Shown here: in pieces, positions 24,856 through 38,217 of the stretch
Position numbering within the stretch: position 1 is the first letter of the stretch
Layout of the letters: each line of letters begins with the position of its first letter
NCBI GenBank assembly: GCA_964016885.1
Contig: OZ024744.1
Span: 117,180,001-117,244,000, forward strand
Length of the DNA stretch: 64,000 nucleotides
DNA from: Eledone cirrhosa
Lineage: Eukaryota
Direction: 5' to 3'
Position numbers and translations under genes: made by a program
Notes under the pieces: generated by a model
What the model saw: the letters and a program-made list of their open reading frames with translations, nothing else
Database searches by the model: none
What the model was told of the DNA's origin: nothing

Positions 24856-27800
24856 ATCATCATCATTTTACATCCGCTTTTCCCTGCTTGCAAGGGTTGG
24901 ATGGGTCCTATTCAGCACAGCATCTCTCCACTTGACACGGTCCTTCGTCATCTCCTCGGTGAGTTTCAGCGATGTGAGGTCTACTCTCACCACCACCGCC
25001 CATTTTTTTTGTGGTCTACCTTTACTGCGTCTTCCTTCTACTGGTATTTCTTGGCATTTCTTTACCCAGTGGTCATTCTCCATGCGCATCACATGTCCAT
25101 ACTATCTCAGTCTTCTCTCCCGCACACCACAACTTATCCCTCTTATACCCAGTTTCTTTCTCAACTCGTCTATGCTTGGTTGATCACGTACATTGACATT
25201 GTACATCCAATGGAGCACGCTTGCTTCATTTCTCTCCAGCCATCGCATATCCTCTGCAGTTGCTGCCCATGTCTCACTACCATGCAGCATCGCGCATCTC
25301 ACACAGGCATCATATAACCGTCCTTTTGTAGGCAGGAAGAAACCCTTCTTCGTCAGCAGAGGAAGCAGCTCCCTAAACTTCTTTCAACCCATCCTTATTC
25401 TAGATACTATGGCCTCGGAACACCCCTCTCCCATGCTAATCTGATCACCTAGGTACCGGAAGTTATCAACCCCTTCTATAGAACCCACCTGCATTGGGAA
25501 AATGTGTCTATGACTGCGACTTCTACTGCCAACTTTCCCTGTACATCTACTGCATACATAGTTTTCCCTACCTGTTAGTTTGCCTACTATCCCACTGCAT
25601 CTCTTATGTACCCAAGTTCTGGATTGCGTACATTTTATGGAATTTATGCCAGTTCCTTTCCTACATATCAAACATGGCCATTTCTCTGATGGAATCAGAG
25701 TATTGTCCTCTCTTCTACTTATCAACACTTTTGTCTTTGCTAGGGTCACTCTCAGTCCTCTTGATTCCAACTGCTGTTTCCATAGCCAGAATTTATTCTC
25801 TAGCTCCTCTACTGATTCTGTTATAAGTACCAGATTGTCAGCATGGAGAAGTTCCCAGGGACAGCCAGTCTTAAACTCCTCTGTTATGGCTTGGAGGACT
25901 ATAATGAACAAGAGCAGGCTGAGGACCGAACCCTGATGTACACCTACTTGTATCTGGAATTCCCCACTAAACTCCATACCTACTCTCACTTTACTGACAA
26001 AGGCCTTATTTACCCTATCAAAGGCCTTCTCAAGGTCAACAAAAGCTAAGGATAGGGGCTTATTTTTCTCTTGAAGTTGCCTCACTAAGAAGAGGGCATC
26101 TGTTGTACTTTTCCGAGGCACAAAACCAAATGGCATCTCATCTAATTTGACCCTTTCTCTAATCAGTTGCGCTAATATTCTCTCTGCCACTTTCATAATC
26201 TGATCCATCAGCTTTATGCCTCTATAATTATTCCTCTTTAGAGCACCCCCTTTACCTTTGTAACAATTTATGAGAATACTGCTGCACCAGTCTTTGGGTA
26301 TGACACCATCATATATAGCCTGATTGATGATGCATGCAAGCAGTTTAGTGTCTACTTCTCCTGAAGCCTTCAGCATCTCAGCAACTATCCCCGATGGTCC
26401 AGCAGCCTTACCATTCTTCATTTCCTTAATTGCCTCTTGTACCCTATATTTGTCAATCTCAATAGCTGGTCCCTTTGTCAGGACTACTGGGGGTAATTTC
26501 TCTCTCTCCCATTCATTCTCCACATTCATCAGTCTCTCATAATGACATTTCCAGGCCTTCCTTTTTTTGATCATTCATGACACTAAGTACGCCGGCATCA
26601 TTCCGGACACATTTATCTCCCACAACATCCTCATTTGCACTGACACACTGCCTTGCAATGCAGATCACCGCACGTCTCTGATCTTCCCATCGCAGAACAT
26701 TGGCAAACCTCCTACTCTCAGCCTCCCTGCGTGCTAAGTACACCTAACGTCTAGCTTCTCTCTTAGTGGCTGTATATCCTTCTCTACTCCCACCATTTTT
26801 CAAAGCATTCCATGCTAGTCTTTTGTCTCTAATGGCCCTATCTACTGTGCTGTTCCACCACCAGGTCACTTTCTGTCTAGTTGAAGCTCTGCCCCAACCA
26901 CAAGTTTCTTCAGTAGCCTGCAGTAAGTTGTCACACAAGAAATTCCAGTTATCATCTATGTCATACACTCTAAATCGTCTTCTTTTTCGTCATACACGTC
27001 TCGAAGGGCTTTCCTAAATTTATATTTTAATGAAAGATCTTTTAGCTTCCAGACCTTTCTTTTCCACACTTTCCTGATGTCTCATTTTGTCTCTTGCTTA
27101 TTGAGATGTCACTAACGACTAACCTATGCTCTGGGGTATATTCTTCCCCGGGGTATGCCTTAGTATTTGACACCATCTGTCTGTCTCACTGTCTAACTAG
27201 CAGGAAGTCAATCTGGCTTATGTGCTCACCTGATTTGTAGGTTATTAGGTGGTTGGTAGGCTTATGGAAGTTAGTGTTGCAAATGGTTAGTGCACTTGCG
27301 TCACAAAGTTCAAGAAGCCTCATTCCTTCTTCATTTTTTGAGCCATAACCGTGCCCACCATGTACCCCAGTGTATCCATCCTGGGGCTGTCCAACATGTC
27401 CAATGAAGTCCCCTGCTAGTATAACGATGTCTCTATCCTCTGTCATTGATGTTGTTTGTAAAAGTTGCTCGTAAAAGCAGTCTTTCTCTTCTTTACCTAG
27501 GCCTGCCTGGGGAGCATAGGTAGAGATGATTGTCAGTAGTCTCTTGTCTACAACTAATCTAAGCTTAATTGTTCTATCACTAACTCTAACTACCTCTATT
27601 ATCTTATTGATCCATCTCTCAGCCAGTAATATGCCCACCCCACCTAACCCATCATCATTACCCACCCAGAAAAGCTTATAACTACGATGTTTGCCTGCGA
27701 CTAGTCTTGTAGAGGCACCTCTCCATCTCACCTCTTGCACACAGCACACATCCACATGCTTTCTCTCCAGCATCTCCACTATCTCACCAGATCTACCTGT

Positions 27801-27900
27801 TAGAGTGCCAACATTAAGTGTGGCAACTCTGAGATGCGACGTCTCGTTCTTTTTCCTGTTGTGCGATTGCTTGATGACGGTCGTGGGGTTCTCACACATG
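24856..27900 (-). mobile_element. RTE-clade LINE, near full-length ORF (APE + RT), decayed, with an internal RT deletion
   Basis: LRVATLNVGTL, VQEVRW, YAPQ, SQIDF (APE); NYRGIKL, DLEKAFDRV joined directly to VRVG..GVHQGSVLS; HADN; (GAT)n tail. Confidence 0.9.
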
Positions 27901-28302
27901 GCCTCACTAGCCACCCCACTACCGTGTGCAGCCCTAACATGGTTAGTGTTATTGCTGTTTACGCAGTTGTTGCAAATTTCATTTGTTGTGGGCATAGTAT
28001 TTGGCAGTAGTATATACATATATAGTGAAAGAGTGCTGAATAACATGGTCGGCTGTACAAAAACCCTTTTTGTATAAGTACAAGTTAGAGTTAGTTGATG
28101 TATCTTTTAACTTATGTGTGTATATATATATACATACATGCACACACATACATACATATACATGTATATACACACACCTCCTCTGCACAACATGAGATAC
28201 TGTGTGTGTCCTTTTGTGTGATTTTGGCTTTATAACAACTTTATTTTATGTGATTCTTCATAAATTTTTGGTGGAGGGTCGGGGAAGGGGCTGACCCTGG
28301 TT

Positions 28303-29853
28303 TACCATTCTACCATTCTACAATTCTACCATTTTACAATTCTACCATTCTACAATTCTACCACCATTCTACCATTGTACAATTCTACAATTCTACCATT
28401 CTGCCAATCTACCATTGTACCTTTCTACCATTCTACCTTCTACCATTTTACCTTCTACCATTCTACCATTGTACCTTTCTACCATTCTACCATTGTACCT
28501 TTCTACCATTCTACCATTGTACCTTTCTACCATTCTACCATTGTACCTTTCTACCATTCTACCATTGTACCTTTCTACCATTCTACCATTGTACCTTCTA
28601 CCATTCTACCATTGTACCTTTCTACCATTGTACCTTCTACCATTGTACCATTGTACCATTCTGCCATTCTACCATTGTACCATCGTACCATTGTACCATC
28701 GTACCATTGTACCATTCTACCATTGTACCATTCTACCATTCTGCAATTCTACAATTCTACCTTTCTACCAACCTACCATTGTACCATTGTACCTTTCCAC
28801 CATTCTCTCATTGTACCATTCTACCATTCTACCATTGTACCTTTCTACCATTGTACCTTTCTACCATTCTACCATTATACCATTGTACCTTTCTACCATT
28901 GTACCATTCTACCATTGTACCATTCTACCATCGTACCATACTACCATTCTACCATTCTACCATTCTACCATTGTACCTTTCTACCATTCTACCATTCTAC
29001 TATTGTACCATTCTACCATTGTACCTTCTACCATTGTACCATTCTACCATTCTACCATTGTACATTCTACCATTGTACCATTCTACCATTGTACCATTCT
29101 ACCATTGTACCATTGTACCATTCTACCATTCTACCATTCTACCATTGTACCTTCTACCATTGTACCATTCTACCATTCTACCATTCTACCTTTCTACCAT
29201 TCTACCATTGTACCATTCTACCATTCTACCATTGTACCATTCTACCATTCTACCATTGTACCTTTCTACCATTCTACCATTCTACTATTGTACCATTCTA
29301 CCATTGTACCTTCTACCATTCTACCATTCTACCATTCTACCATTCTACCTTCTACCATTGTACCATTCTAACATTCTACCATTCTACCATTGTACCTTTC
29401 TACCATTCTACCATCTACCATTGTACCATTCTACCATTGTACCATTCTACCATCGTACCATTCTACCATTCTACCATTCTACCATTGTACCTTTCTACCA
29501 TTCTACCATTCTACTATTGTACCATTCTACCATTGTACCTTCAACCATTGTACCATTGTACCATTCTACCATTCTACCATTCTACCTTCTACCATTGTAC
29601 CATTCTAACAATCTACCATTCTACCATTGTACCATTCTACCATTCTACCATTGTACCTTTCTACCATTCTACCATTCTACTATTGTACCATTCTACCATT
29701 GTACCTTCTACCATTGTACCATTCTACCATTGTACCTTCTACCATTCTACCATTCTACCATTCTACCATTCTACCATTCTACCTTCTACCATTCTACCAT
29801 TCTACCATTGTACCTTCTACCATTCTACCATTCTACCATTCTACCATTCTACC
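28303..29853. repeat. 8-bp satellite (ACCATTCT/ACCATTGT with 7-bp variants)
   Basis: Directly visible; source of the YHSTIVPF ORFs. Confidence 0.97.
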
Positions 29854-29928
29854 GGTCATTAATTAGTCAGCCATGAAACGTGCAGAACCGGAATATAATC
29901 TCAGACATGTGCACACGTATATGGATAA

Positions 29929-30780
29929 ACACACACACACACACCATGCCACACACACACACACACACCATGCCACACACATAGCCCCCCCACACACACA
30001 CACACCCTGCCACACATACACCATACCACACACACTGCCACACACACACCATGCCACACACACACCATGCCACACACATACCATGCCACACACACACACC
30101 ATGCCACACACACACCATGCCACACACACACCATGCCACACACACACCATGCCACACACACCATACCACACACACAACCATGCCACACACACACTATGCC
30201 ACACACACACCATGCCACACACACACCATACCCCCCCACACACACACCACACCACACACATAACCCCCCCCCACACACACACACACACCATGCCACACAT
30301 ACACCATACCACACACACACCACACACATAGCCCCCCCCCCACACACACACCATGCCACACACACACCATACCATACACACCATACCACACACACCACAC
30401 CACACACACACCATACCACACACACCATACCACATACATAGCCACACACACACATACACCATGCCACATACATAGCCACACACACACACACACCATGCCA
30501 CACACACACACCATGCCACACACACACACCATGCCACACACACACACACCATACCACACACACACCATGCCACACACACACCATACCACATTCATTGACA
30601 CACACACACACAGCATGCCACACACACACCATACCACACACACTGTCACACACACACACAGCATGCCACACACACACCATACCACACACACTGCCACACA
30701 CACACCATACCACATACACTGCCACACACACACGCACCATACCACACACACCATGCCACACACACCACGCCACACACACC
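29929..30780. repeat. (CA)n satellite punctuated by CCATG/CCATA
   Basis: Directly visible. Confidence 0.95.
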
Positions 30781-30829
30781 TCTAACCGCCACCCCCTACA
30801 CCACCACCCTAAACCACCGCCACCACCCA

Positions 30830-33800
30830 CTTTGTTGTTTTTTTGTCGTGACACCTACACGACCTCATTTATTTAGGACTGGATGTTGTGGTACCAACAT
30901 AACTTAACATCGAAAGGGGTGGTGTAGATGGCGGTGGGGGTAGGGTTAGTGGGACGGGGGTGTATTTTGGTTAAGAGGTACCTACTGACTGTAGGTTTCG
31001 CTTTGTACTTAGGCAAGGAGGGTCTTCTGTATTACTGTGTAGCGCCAAAGATCTCGGTCCAGTGACATTGTCTTGGAGAGGTGTAAGTGTGTGAGGTCGG
31101 AATTTGTCAAACGTCCCAGGTTTTTCTGGGTCTGCCTACTCCGTGGCTACCGTCTATCTTTATTGCCCTGCACTTTTTTATACAGCTGTCATCTTTCATG
31201 TGCATCACATGACCATACCAACGTAGTCTTCTCTCAAGTAAACAACATCTGATCCCTCTTATTCCTAATTTCTCACTTAGTTCATTTACGCTTTGCTGTT
31301 CACGTATATTGCTATTACACATCCAACGGAGGATGCTAGCTTCGTTCCTCTCCAGTCTGCGTAGATCCTCTGCACACAATGCCCAGGTCTCACTGCCATG
31401 TAGCATTGCTGTTCGTATGCAGGAATCATACAGCCTGCCTTTCATTTTTAGAGAGAACCCTTTAGCGGCCAATAATGGTATAAGCTCTCTCAACTTTTTC
31501 CATCCCGTTCTGACTCTGGCTACTGTACTTTCAGAGCACCCTCCACCACTGTTGATTTTGTCACCCAGGTAATGGAAGGTGTCTACTATTTCTATAGAGC
31601 CATCTGGGCAATAGAAGAAGCTAGTATCCTGTGGGCACTTGCTACTTATTGCACTTGAGCACCGGCCACATATAAAATCTATGTTCTTAGATAGCTTACC
31701 TTTGATCCCACTACATCTTTTATGCACCCATACTTTGCATTTGGGACATAAAATGGAATTTCTGCCTACTCCTTTCCTACACACTGAGCATGACCATTTC
31801 CCAGAGGGGACCTGTGCCCTATTTTCATTCCTACATACTAGAACTTTAGTCTTAGACAAGTTAACTTTAAGGCCTTTTGATTCTAGGCCATGCTTCCATG
31901 TTTGGAATTTCTTCTCTAGTTCAGCCAGCGATTCAGCTATGAGTGTTAGATCATCTGCGTTTAGAAGTTCCCATGGGCAGCCGGTCTTGAACTCCTCTGT
32001 TATAGCTTGAAAGGCAATAATAAATAGGAGGGGGCTAAGGATAGAGCCCTGATGAACACCAACTTTTACGCTAAATTCTTCACTATATTCGTTGTTAATT
32101 CTAACCTAGCTGACTGTTTCTTTATACATAGCTTGTATAGCTCTCACAAGCCATTCATCAACCCCTAGTTTTCTAAGAGCCCACCAGATAATGGCACAGG
32201 AGACTCTGTCAAAGGCTTTCTCCAAGTCAACAAAAGCTAAGTATAGGGGTTTACTTTTAGCTAGGTACTTCTCCTGTAGTTGTTGTACAAGGAAAAGAGC
32301 GTCTGTGGTACTTTTACCTGACACAAACCCAAACTACAATTTGTCTAGATCAATTCGCTCTCTGATTAGTTGCGCTATAACTGTTTCTGTGACCTTCATG
32401 ACCTGGTCAAAAGATTTAATGCCTCTATAGTTTCCCCTACCTAGGGCATCTCCTTTACCGTTGTAGCAGTTAATGATGATGCTGCTACGCCAGTCATTTG
32501 GTATGACCCTGTTCTGTATGACTTGGCTTACTATCCGGGTGACCATAGTGTGTCCCACCGTTCCAGATGCTTTCAGCATTTCAGCAACTATCTCCGAAGG
32601 CCCAGCTGCCTTGCCCATCTTCATATCTTTGATTGCCTTACTTATTATACTACCTTCAATTAGCACTGCTGGTCCCTCTATTGGGTCGATGTGGGGCAGA
32701 CTATCTTTTCCCATTTATTCTCCTCATTTAGTAGCCTTTCGTAGTGACACTTCCAAGCTACCTTCTTAACAGCATCAGTAATGGCAAGTACGCCATCATC
32801 GTTACAGACACACTTCTCCCTGACAATATCACGGTTTTCCTTGACACATTGCCTAGCAATCCTGAACACCTCACGTTTTTGGTCCTTGCGTTGTAGAACA
32901 TGCTTGAACTTTCTTTCTTCTGCTTCCCTTCTTGCAAAGTACACTTGTCTCCTAGCTTCCCTCCTGGCCATTAGATAGTCTTCTCTACTTCCCCCATCCC
33001 GCCATACTTTCCAAGCCTGCTCTTTGGCATTGATTGACTCCTCCACCTTACTGTTCCACCACCTCGTTACTCCCCTCTTTGCAATGTATACTTGTTGTCT
33101 AGCTTCTCTCCTAGCTACCTGATAGAGTTCTCTACTTTCGCTGTCCCTCCATCCTTTCTGAGCCTGCTTTTGCCGTTGATTGACTCCTCCACCTTACTGT
33201 TCCACCACCAAGTTACTCTCCTCCTGCTTATAGGTCTGCTCCAGCCACAGATTTCATCTGTCGCCTTCAGCAGGTTAACCTTCAGGAAATCCCACTGTTC
33301 CTCTATATTGCTCTAATTGCTCTTCCTTACTGACAAAAGCATGAAGTAATATGCTTTTTAATTTGTTACTGGCTGTGGGGGTCCTTTAACTTCCATATTC
33401 TTCTTCATAGGGTAGTTGAGTACGTCTTGTACTGACTATGAGGTCGCTAATTATGAGGCTATGTTGGGAGGTGCATTCTTCATGGGAGGTGCATTCTTCA
33501 CTCTGTCACGTCTTCCTGTAAGGATATAATCTATCTGACTGGCGTGTTCCCCTGATCTATAGGTGATCAAGTGATTGACTCGTTTTTTGAAGTTTGTGTT
33601 ACAGATGGTTAGGTTATTAGTGTCACAGAATTCCAGGATTCTGAAACCTTCCTCATTTCTAGTACCAAACCCATAGCCTCCATGGATTCCGTCATAGCCG
33701 TCACAACGTTGTCCAACATGACCATTTAGGTCGCCAGCAATAGCTATGTAGTCACTGTCAGTTATTTGGGAGGTAGTGAGCATTAGAGACTCATAGAACC

Positions 33801-34400
33801 TGTCTTTTATAACGCCAGGCAGTCCGGATTGGGGTGTGTAAGCAGATATTATTGTCACAGTAGTTCTATTGAGGACAAGTCTTATTTTAATTATTCTGTC
33901 GTTCACTCTATTTACGTCTATTACCTTATCTACCCATTTTTCTGCTAACATAATTCCTACCCCACCCAGCCCATTGTCATTTCCCACCCAGCATCGTTTT
34001 TTACCCACAATGAATCTAGCAGACCCACCCCTCCACCTGGTCTCTTGAACACAGCAAACATCAACTTCCTTACATTCAAGCTCTTTAGAGCGACCTTTTA
34101 AAGTACCTACATTCATGGTACCAACTCTGAAGTTTTGGATTGTGTTTGGTGGGTGAGAAGGATGGGTTTGGGGCGCAGGGAGGGGTGAGAGAGATGGGGT
34201 TACGTTAGCCATCCGCAACCGAAATAAAGAGGAGTCCTTACATTCTCGTACGGCAACATCAGGTGAATTTATCTTTATCTTTGGCATTGTCATTGAGTGT
34301 CCAGACTTTTCAGACTCCAGAATTCTATAGTCCATCTAGCATATCGAAAAGCAACCAGGTCTAAACTTAAGGAGTGATAGCCGAGGCGGTGGTTTTGTGA
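30830..34400 (-). mobile_element. RTE-clade LINE (APE + RT), decayed; same subfamily as 14117-16235
   Basis: FRVGTMNVGTL, VQETRW, SQIDY; NYRGIK, DLEKAFDRV, MLHGSETW. The 3' UTR closely matches 14340-14520. Confidence 0.9.
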
Positions 34401-34442
34401 AAGAGAAACATATTATAAGCCACTGCATTATGATTGGGCCAA

Positions 34443-34568
34443 ATAATAATAATTGTTTCTACTTTTGGCACAAGGCCAGCAATTACCCAGTACATTACTG
34501 GTACTTTATTTTATCGACCCTGTAAGGATGAAAGGCAAAGTTAACCTTGGCGGGATTTGAACTCAGAT
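34443..34568 (-). mobile_element. Nin-domain SINE, 5'-truncated
   Basis: Close match to 12238-12350. Confidence 0.8.
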
Positions 34569-34778
34569 CATAAAATTGTGGCGAGTGGGGGTGGGGGAGG
34601 GATATGGTGGCGAGTGGGAGCAGGGGGAGGGATATGGTGAAGTTAACTGGAAGGTTATTTTTATAATATACTCCTGCAAATTCGGCCATAATTAAACAAA
34701 CTATTATTGTTGTTGATGATGTTATTGTCTATATTGTTGTTGATCTGTAGGGTATTTCCTTCACAAGTTATATACATA

Positions 34779-36082
34779 CTATGAGACAACTACTAGACAG
34801 CTCACATGTAGACGTGATATATCTTGACTTTGCGAAGGCCTTTGACAAGGTCGACCACGGAATGATATGTCACAAACTACACGGACTCGGCATAACTGGA
34901 AAAGTAGGTGAGTGGCTGCATGGCTTCTTAAGGGACAGAAGCCAGGCAGTCGCAGCAAATGGGGCCCTCTCGAGGGAAACACCGATAACAAGTGGGGTGC
35001 CTCAGGGGACACTCCTGGGACCACTACTGTTTTTGGTGGCTCTCTCGGACATGCCCTCTGTGGTACATGCAACAACATCCCTCACTAGCTATGCTGATGA
35101 CACTAAGGTAGCACAGGCAATCAAAAACCCGGCTGACGCTGCCCTCTTACAGCAGGATCTGGATGCCATATACAGATGGGCGGAAGAAAACAACATGCAG
35201 TTTAATGCTGGCAAATTCCAAGCCCTACAATACAAACCTGCAAACACAAACACAAATATAGCGGAACACAGCTACACAGGACCAGGAGGGACCGATATCC
35301 CCGTGTCAAAATCGATACGAGACCTGGGCATAGACATGAGCGATGATGCATCTTTTTCTTCACACATCATGAAGGTGGCGACAGCATGTAGACGATTCGC
35401 TGGCTGGATCTTGAGGACTTTCCTTACAAGAGATCGAGACACCATGTTGACACTGTGGAGGACTTTTGTCCTAAGCCGCCTGGACTACTGCTCCCAGCTG
35501 TGGTCACCCCATAGTGTCAAACTAACCACAGAGCTTGAGGCAATCCAGCGAAGCTAGACCAAGAGGATTGCCAAGATGAGGGAGACAAGCTACTGGGAGA
35601 GGCTGAAGGAACTGAACCTCTACTCCTTGGAGCGAAGACGGGAGAGATACGCAGTGATCTACATGTGGAAAATCCTGGAGGGACTAGCACCAAACTTTGG
35701 CATTGGGAGCTGGACCAACCGTCGAACAGGACGTCACTGTGTGGTGCCAAAGGTCCCGTCTTCCACATCTAGAATAAGGAGCAGGTATTGCAATAGCCTG
35801 GGTTTCAAGGGCCCTCAACTCTTCAACAGGCTGCCGAGGCATCTGCGAGACTTGCATGACGTGGAGGTGGATGTCTTTAAGAAACATCTCGACACCTTGT
35901 TATCCGGGATCCCGGATGAGCCCACAGCAAGACACGAGGGAAACCTAAGGGCAGCAGAACAAACTCCCTCCTACACCAGTGGCCAACCTATACAGGCTGG
36001 AGATAAAATGTGTAGCAACAAGGGCGGTGCCCCAGCATGGCCTCAGCCGGATGGCTGAAACAGGTAAAAGAGTAAAAGAGTA
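34779..36082 (+). mobile_element. CR1/L2-group LINE 3' half (RT)
   Basis: YLDFAKAFDKVDH, GVPQGTLLGP, YADD, LYSLERRRER. In-frame TAG at 35555; tandem GTAAAAGA tail. Confidence 0.9.
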
Positions 36083-36106
36083 TACACCTGCCCCCCTCTC
36101 TCTCTC

Positions 36107-36149
<43 letters not shown>

Positions 36150-36154
36150 GCACC

Positions 36155-36186
<32 letters not shown>

Positions 36187-36187
<1 letters not shown>

Positions 36188-36306
36188 GTTTTAATATAGA
36201 TGAGATTCTACAGGACTAGAACTGTTTCATTCTTTAGAAATCATCATGATGATTTCTAAAGAATGAAACAGTTCTAGTCCTGTAGAATCTCATCTATATT
36301 AAAACT
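36187..36306. repeat. Perfect 120-bp palindrome centred in a truncated hammerhead core
   Basis: Centre TCATCA|TGATGA. The right arm reads TGATGA-T-TTC-TAAA-GAA-T-GAAAC-AGTTCTA-GTC-CTGTAG. Confidence 0.85.
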
Positions 36307-36419
36307 TTTATACTCTGCAATGTATTGAGTACCTTACTTACTGTGGTTACCTCCGATTCAACCCGGAATAACGTATATATATATATAGAAGTGGTTACAC
36401 AATAGTTAGTTCACCATAC

Positions 36420-36457
36420 CGAGAACAATTGTTTCACCTTAGCGGATCCTCAGCTCG
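36420..36457 (-). ncRNA. Minimal type I hammerhead ribozyme (palindromic stem III)
   Basis: CGAG-CTGAGGA-T-CC-GCTAA-GG-T-GAAA-CAATTG-TT-CTCG, located within inverted arms 36386-36438 and 36462-36514. Confidence 0.8.
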
Positions 36458-36838
36458 TAATGGTGAAACAATTGTTCTCGGTATGGTGAACTAACTGTTG
36501 TGTAACCACTTCTACCTAACTCGTCCCATGGACTGAGTGCTCTACCACTACGGATATTACCTTCCAGTGTTCTACCATTATATATATACATATATATCTT
36601 CACTATCAGAACTCTGGGAATTGTATGTGTAGAGATATATAAAAAGTGATCTTTTCTGCTCCCCCCTGAGTCTGTGGGGGTGGAAATATATTTCACTGTG
36701 GATTTCTGTATATTTTCAGCTTTCTATAATATATCTTCATCTCTTCACACTATTTTAACCCTCATCACTATTGGGTCAACTTAGCCTATCATCCATTTAT
36801 GGTTGATAAAAAAGTACCAGTCAAGTTCTGGAGTCTAT

Positions 36839-36917
<79 letters not shown>

Positions 36918-37006
36918 TAAAACAGAAAACAAAAACAATAACGAAGAGTGCTGTACAAAGTGTTAGTATTAGGTTTATGCTTGAGAGTGGGGTGGGTGGG
37001 GGGTGG

Positions 37007-37041
<35 letters not shown>

Positions 37042-37042
37042 C

Positions 37043-37824
37043 CAGCGGTGTGCAGAGGTCTGGTGATGCCCAGGGCAAATCTTGATTGTATGCCCCAAAG
37101 ACTCAATTATAAGGCCTCCAAACACTCAAGTATAAGGCCTATAGTGTGTTGCTCCCAGGGTTATTTACTTGAGTAAATGGCACCGGAATCTAACTACTAA
37201 ATTTTATAAAGAAAAGGATAAGATATTTTACATAACACCATGTCGAATGAGAGTTAATTCCCACCACAAAGGTAATGATAAAACGTAAGCAGTTTCTCGG
37301 AACGAGTATCAAATATAAGTCTTCATTTTATTGTAGCTCCATGTTATGATTGTGGTTAGTAAATATTCTTCTACATATTGGTATAATCCAGATCCATGAT
37401 CAGTGGTTAGAGAGAAGTTAACATGCTTGTCTTCAGTGTTGTTAATTCGAAGGAAGGTGCCGAAAAGAGATAAATGATTTGTGTTCCTTCTATTTATATC
37501 CTTTTTACCGGAAGTTACAAAGAAGGTTCTAGAATTTCGACGGGAAGTAACTCTAGCTACTTCCCTTGTCTAGAGAGCGCTACAGGCCTAATGCCCCAAA
37601 CACTCAAGTATAAGGCCTAATGCCCCAAACACTCAAGTATAAGGCATAATATACTGAGAAATATTAAGAGAAAGGAAAACATTTTGAATATATAAACACA
37701 GATGAAACATGAAATAAACGCTTTATTAGATTTTAATATAAATCAATAAAATTTATGAAGTTCTTTTCCCCAAATGATGCCTGAAGCCAACACACCGTTG
37801 CACCCTATCCTCTGTGCGCTACTG
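37043..37824. mobile_element. Possible hAT-like MITE
   Basis: Imperfect terminal inverted repeats CAGCGGTGTGCAGAGG / CCTCTGTGCGCTACTG, subterminal ATGCCCC motifs, inserted in a TA tract. Confidence 0.4.
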
Positions 37825-37834
37825 ATATATATAT

Positions 37835-37874
<40 letters not shown>

Positions 37875-38090
37875 GAAGAATAGACTCCAGTGCTTGACTG
37901 CTACTTTTTTTATCAACTACGAATGGATGATAGCTAAACCACCAATCAAAACAACATAAATTGACCACCATATGAACAGGAAACCTTACAGACATTTGTA
38001 TGCTTTATATATTCATTCTGTCATTATAACAACAGAGGTCTGTTGAGCTTTTGATTCCAGAGTTGGACCAGATCGACACAGTTCCAACCT

Positions 38091-38125
38091 TGAGCTAATC
38101 AATAGCGAAACATGCATCACCAACC
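38091..38125 (+). ncRNA. 5'-truncated hammerhead remnant
   Basis: TGA-GCTA-ATCAA-TAGC-GAAA-CATGCA-TC-ACCAACC; lacks CTGA and the 5' strand of stem I. Confidence 0.4.
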
Positions 38126-38170
38126 AATAAACATAATGAAGGCTTAACAAATTGTCCTTCTATTATTATA

Positions 38171-38214
<44 letters not shown>

Positions 38215-38217
<3 letters not shown>

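Noticed and set aside
28375-29876. Long ORFs (495, 389, 318 aa)
   Set aside because: Translations of an 8-bp satellite, open in several frames.
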